Of a stretch of DNA of 62,971 nucleotides, positions 61,956 through 62,971 are shown one piece after another. Under the pieces are notes generated by a model that saw only the letters and a list, made by a program, of their open reading frames with translations, was not told the DNA's origin and searched no databases. Both the position numbers and the translations under genes were made by a program. Origin of the DNA: Aplysia californica (lineage: Eukaryota); assembly GCF_000002075.1 (NCBI RefSeq), contig NW_004797741.1, positions 436,822-499,792 of the forward strand. Direction: 5' to 3'. Each line of letters begins with the position of its first letter. The stretch's first letter is position 1.

Positions 61956-62971
61956 CTGAACAAATATATAATATGTATATGTACATATAAATATATATAA
62001 TTGACAAGGAGAGGCAACGTTCTCGGATTCACGCTAACCAACACAAAGAAAACGACGTTGCAGCGAAGATATTTTATAATACATGTATATAAGATGCACC
62101 CAAAGAGACAACCAAAGATGACACACCACAGTGCAGAATATCGACCTTTTCCTAACACTCACTGCAACCGACATTTTCTGACACGCCGCAATGGCCTCCC
62201 ACATACGCCCTCATTAACAAGAGATACAATGAAGACTAATACAGAACAAGCAATATTGTCTGTCGTGCCAGAACAGTGCCTATCAGAATATAAGGGCAAT
62301 GACTTTGAGTTGACCTTATTCAGGGCAGTTTGACCGCTATTGTCACCTCTGCCCCATTTCTCTGGCTTCTACGGAGAAAAAAACCCTGTCAGACATCACG
62401 CTAAACACACACTTAGTAAGGCTGCTCCTTGTGAATGCGAGATTCTCAGGTTTCCCGAACTGCCCTAGCTGCCGTCGCTTGAGCCGTCAATTTCTGAGAC
62501 CTAGATTAATCAGTCTTTCCCGTGACAAAGACAAGGGAGGCCAAAACCGTGCGAGATCAGATAGCAAAGGAAACTACGAGGAGGCTGACTCAAACAAAAG
62601 ACAAATAAATATGTCAAACGTGAGAAATCATGGCATGGAGAAAGGAGACTATCTGACTCGGACCCGGAGCGGGGCACCAACTTCCATAGTCACGCTTGTC
62701 ACAGAAACAAACCCACAAAAAGAACAACGACAGAATCGAGTAACGAGAGCCGCGTTACTGTTTGGCTTGTACTAAACTGTTCCTTCAGCATCGCAGCAGC
62801 TACGCCTAGAGGCGGGGAGCTTCTCACTATAAGTACAGCTCCGACATTGCAAAGCAAATAGACAGGGATATGGAAGCGAATCATAGATCAAGAATAAGTA
62901 CAAGAACAATACACTGGACATTTATTTCACCCTTTGTCGCCCATATAGCAGTACGGTAAGACATATAATAT

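Noticed and set aside
62387-62840. Possible LTR or promoter (GGCGGG + TATAAG) and 114-aa ORF
   Set aside because: No second LTR, PBS or recognisable protein is visible, and it is too close to the window edge to judge.

Overview
AT-rich animal genomic scaffold with spliceosomal introns, microsatellites, many MITE/SINE/LINE relics and five N-gaps. It is probably from an invertebrate, and a mollusc-like lophotrochozoan is my inference. Three genes are well supported. (1) YOD1/OTU1 deubiquitinase has an intron-free CDS at 7685-8638 (+). (2) CXXC1/CFP1 is complete, with 14 coding exons I assembled by hand at 40683->14628 (-); all introns are GT-AG and phase-consistent, giving 577 aa. (3) A partial minus-strand gene at ~61955->49636 encodes a Pro/Tyr-motif disordered region, a CARD-like death fold and ribonuclease-inhibitor-type LRRs, with no NACHT between CARD and LRR. 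A 22-nt coding exon (MPYISND-G, 4004->3983, -) resembles the first exon of selenoprotein K. If correct, two p97/ERAD cofactors (SELENOK and YOD1) would sit head-to-head on a short shared promoter. The introns hold non-autonomous DNA transposons with readable TIRs and TSDs (Tc1/mariner TA, piggyBac TTAA, hAT 8 bp, MULE 9 bp), tRNA-Glu-derived SINEs and LINE fragments. All calls are by eye; no database searches were run.
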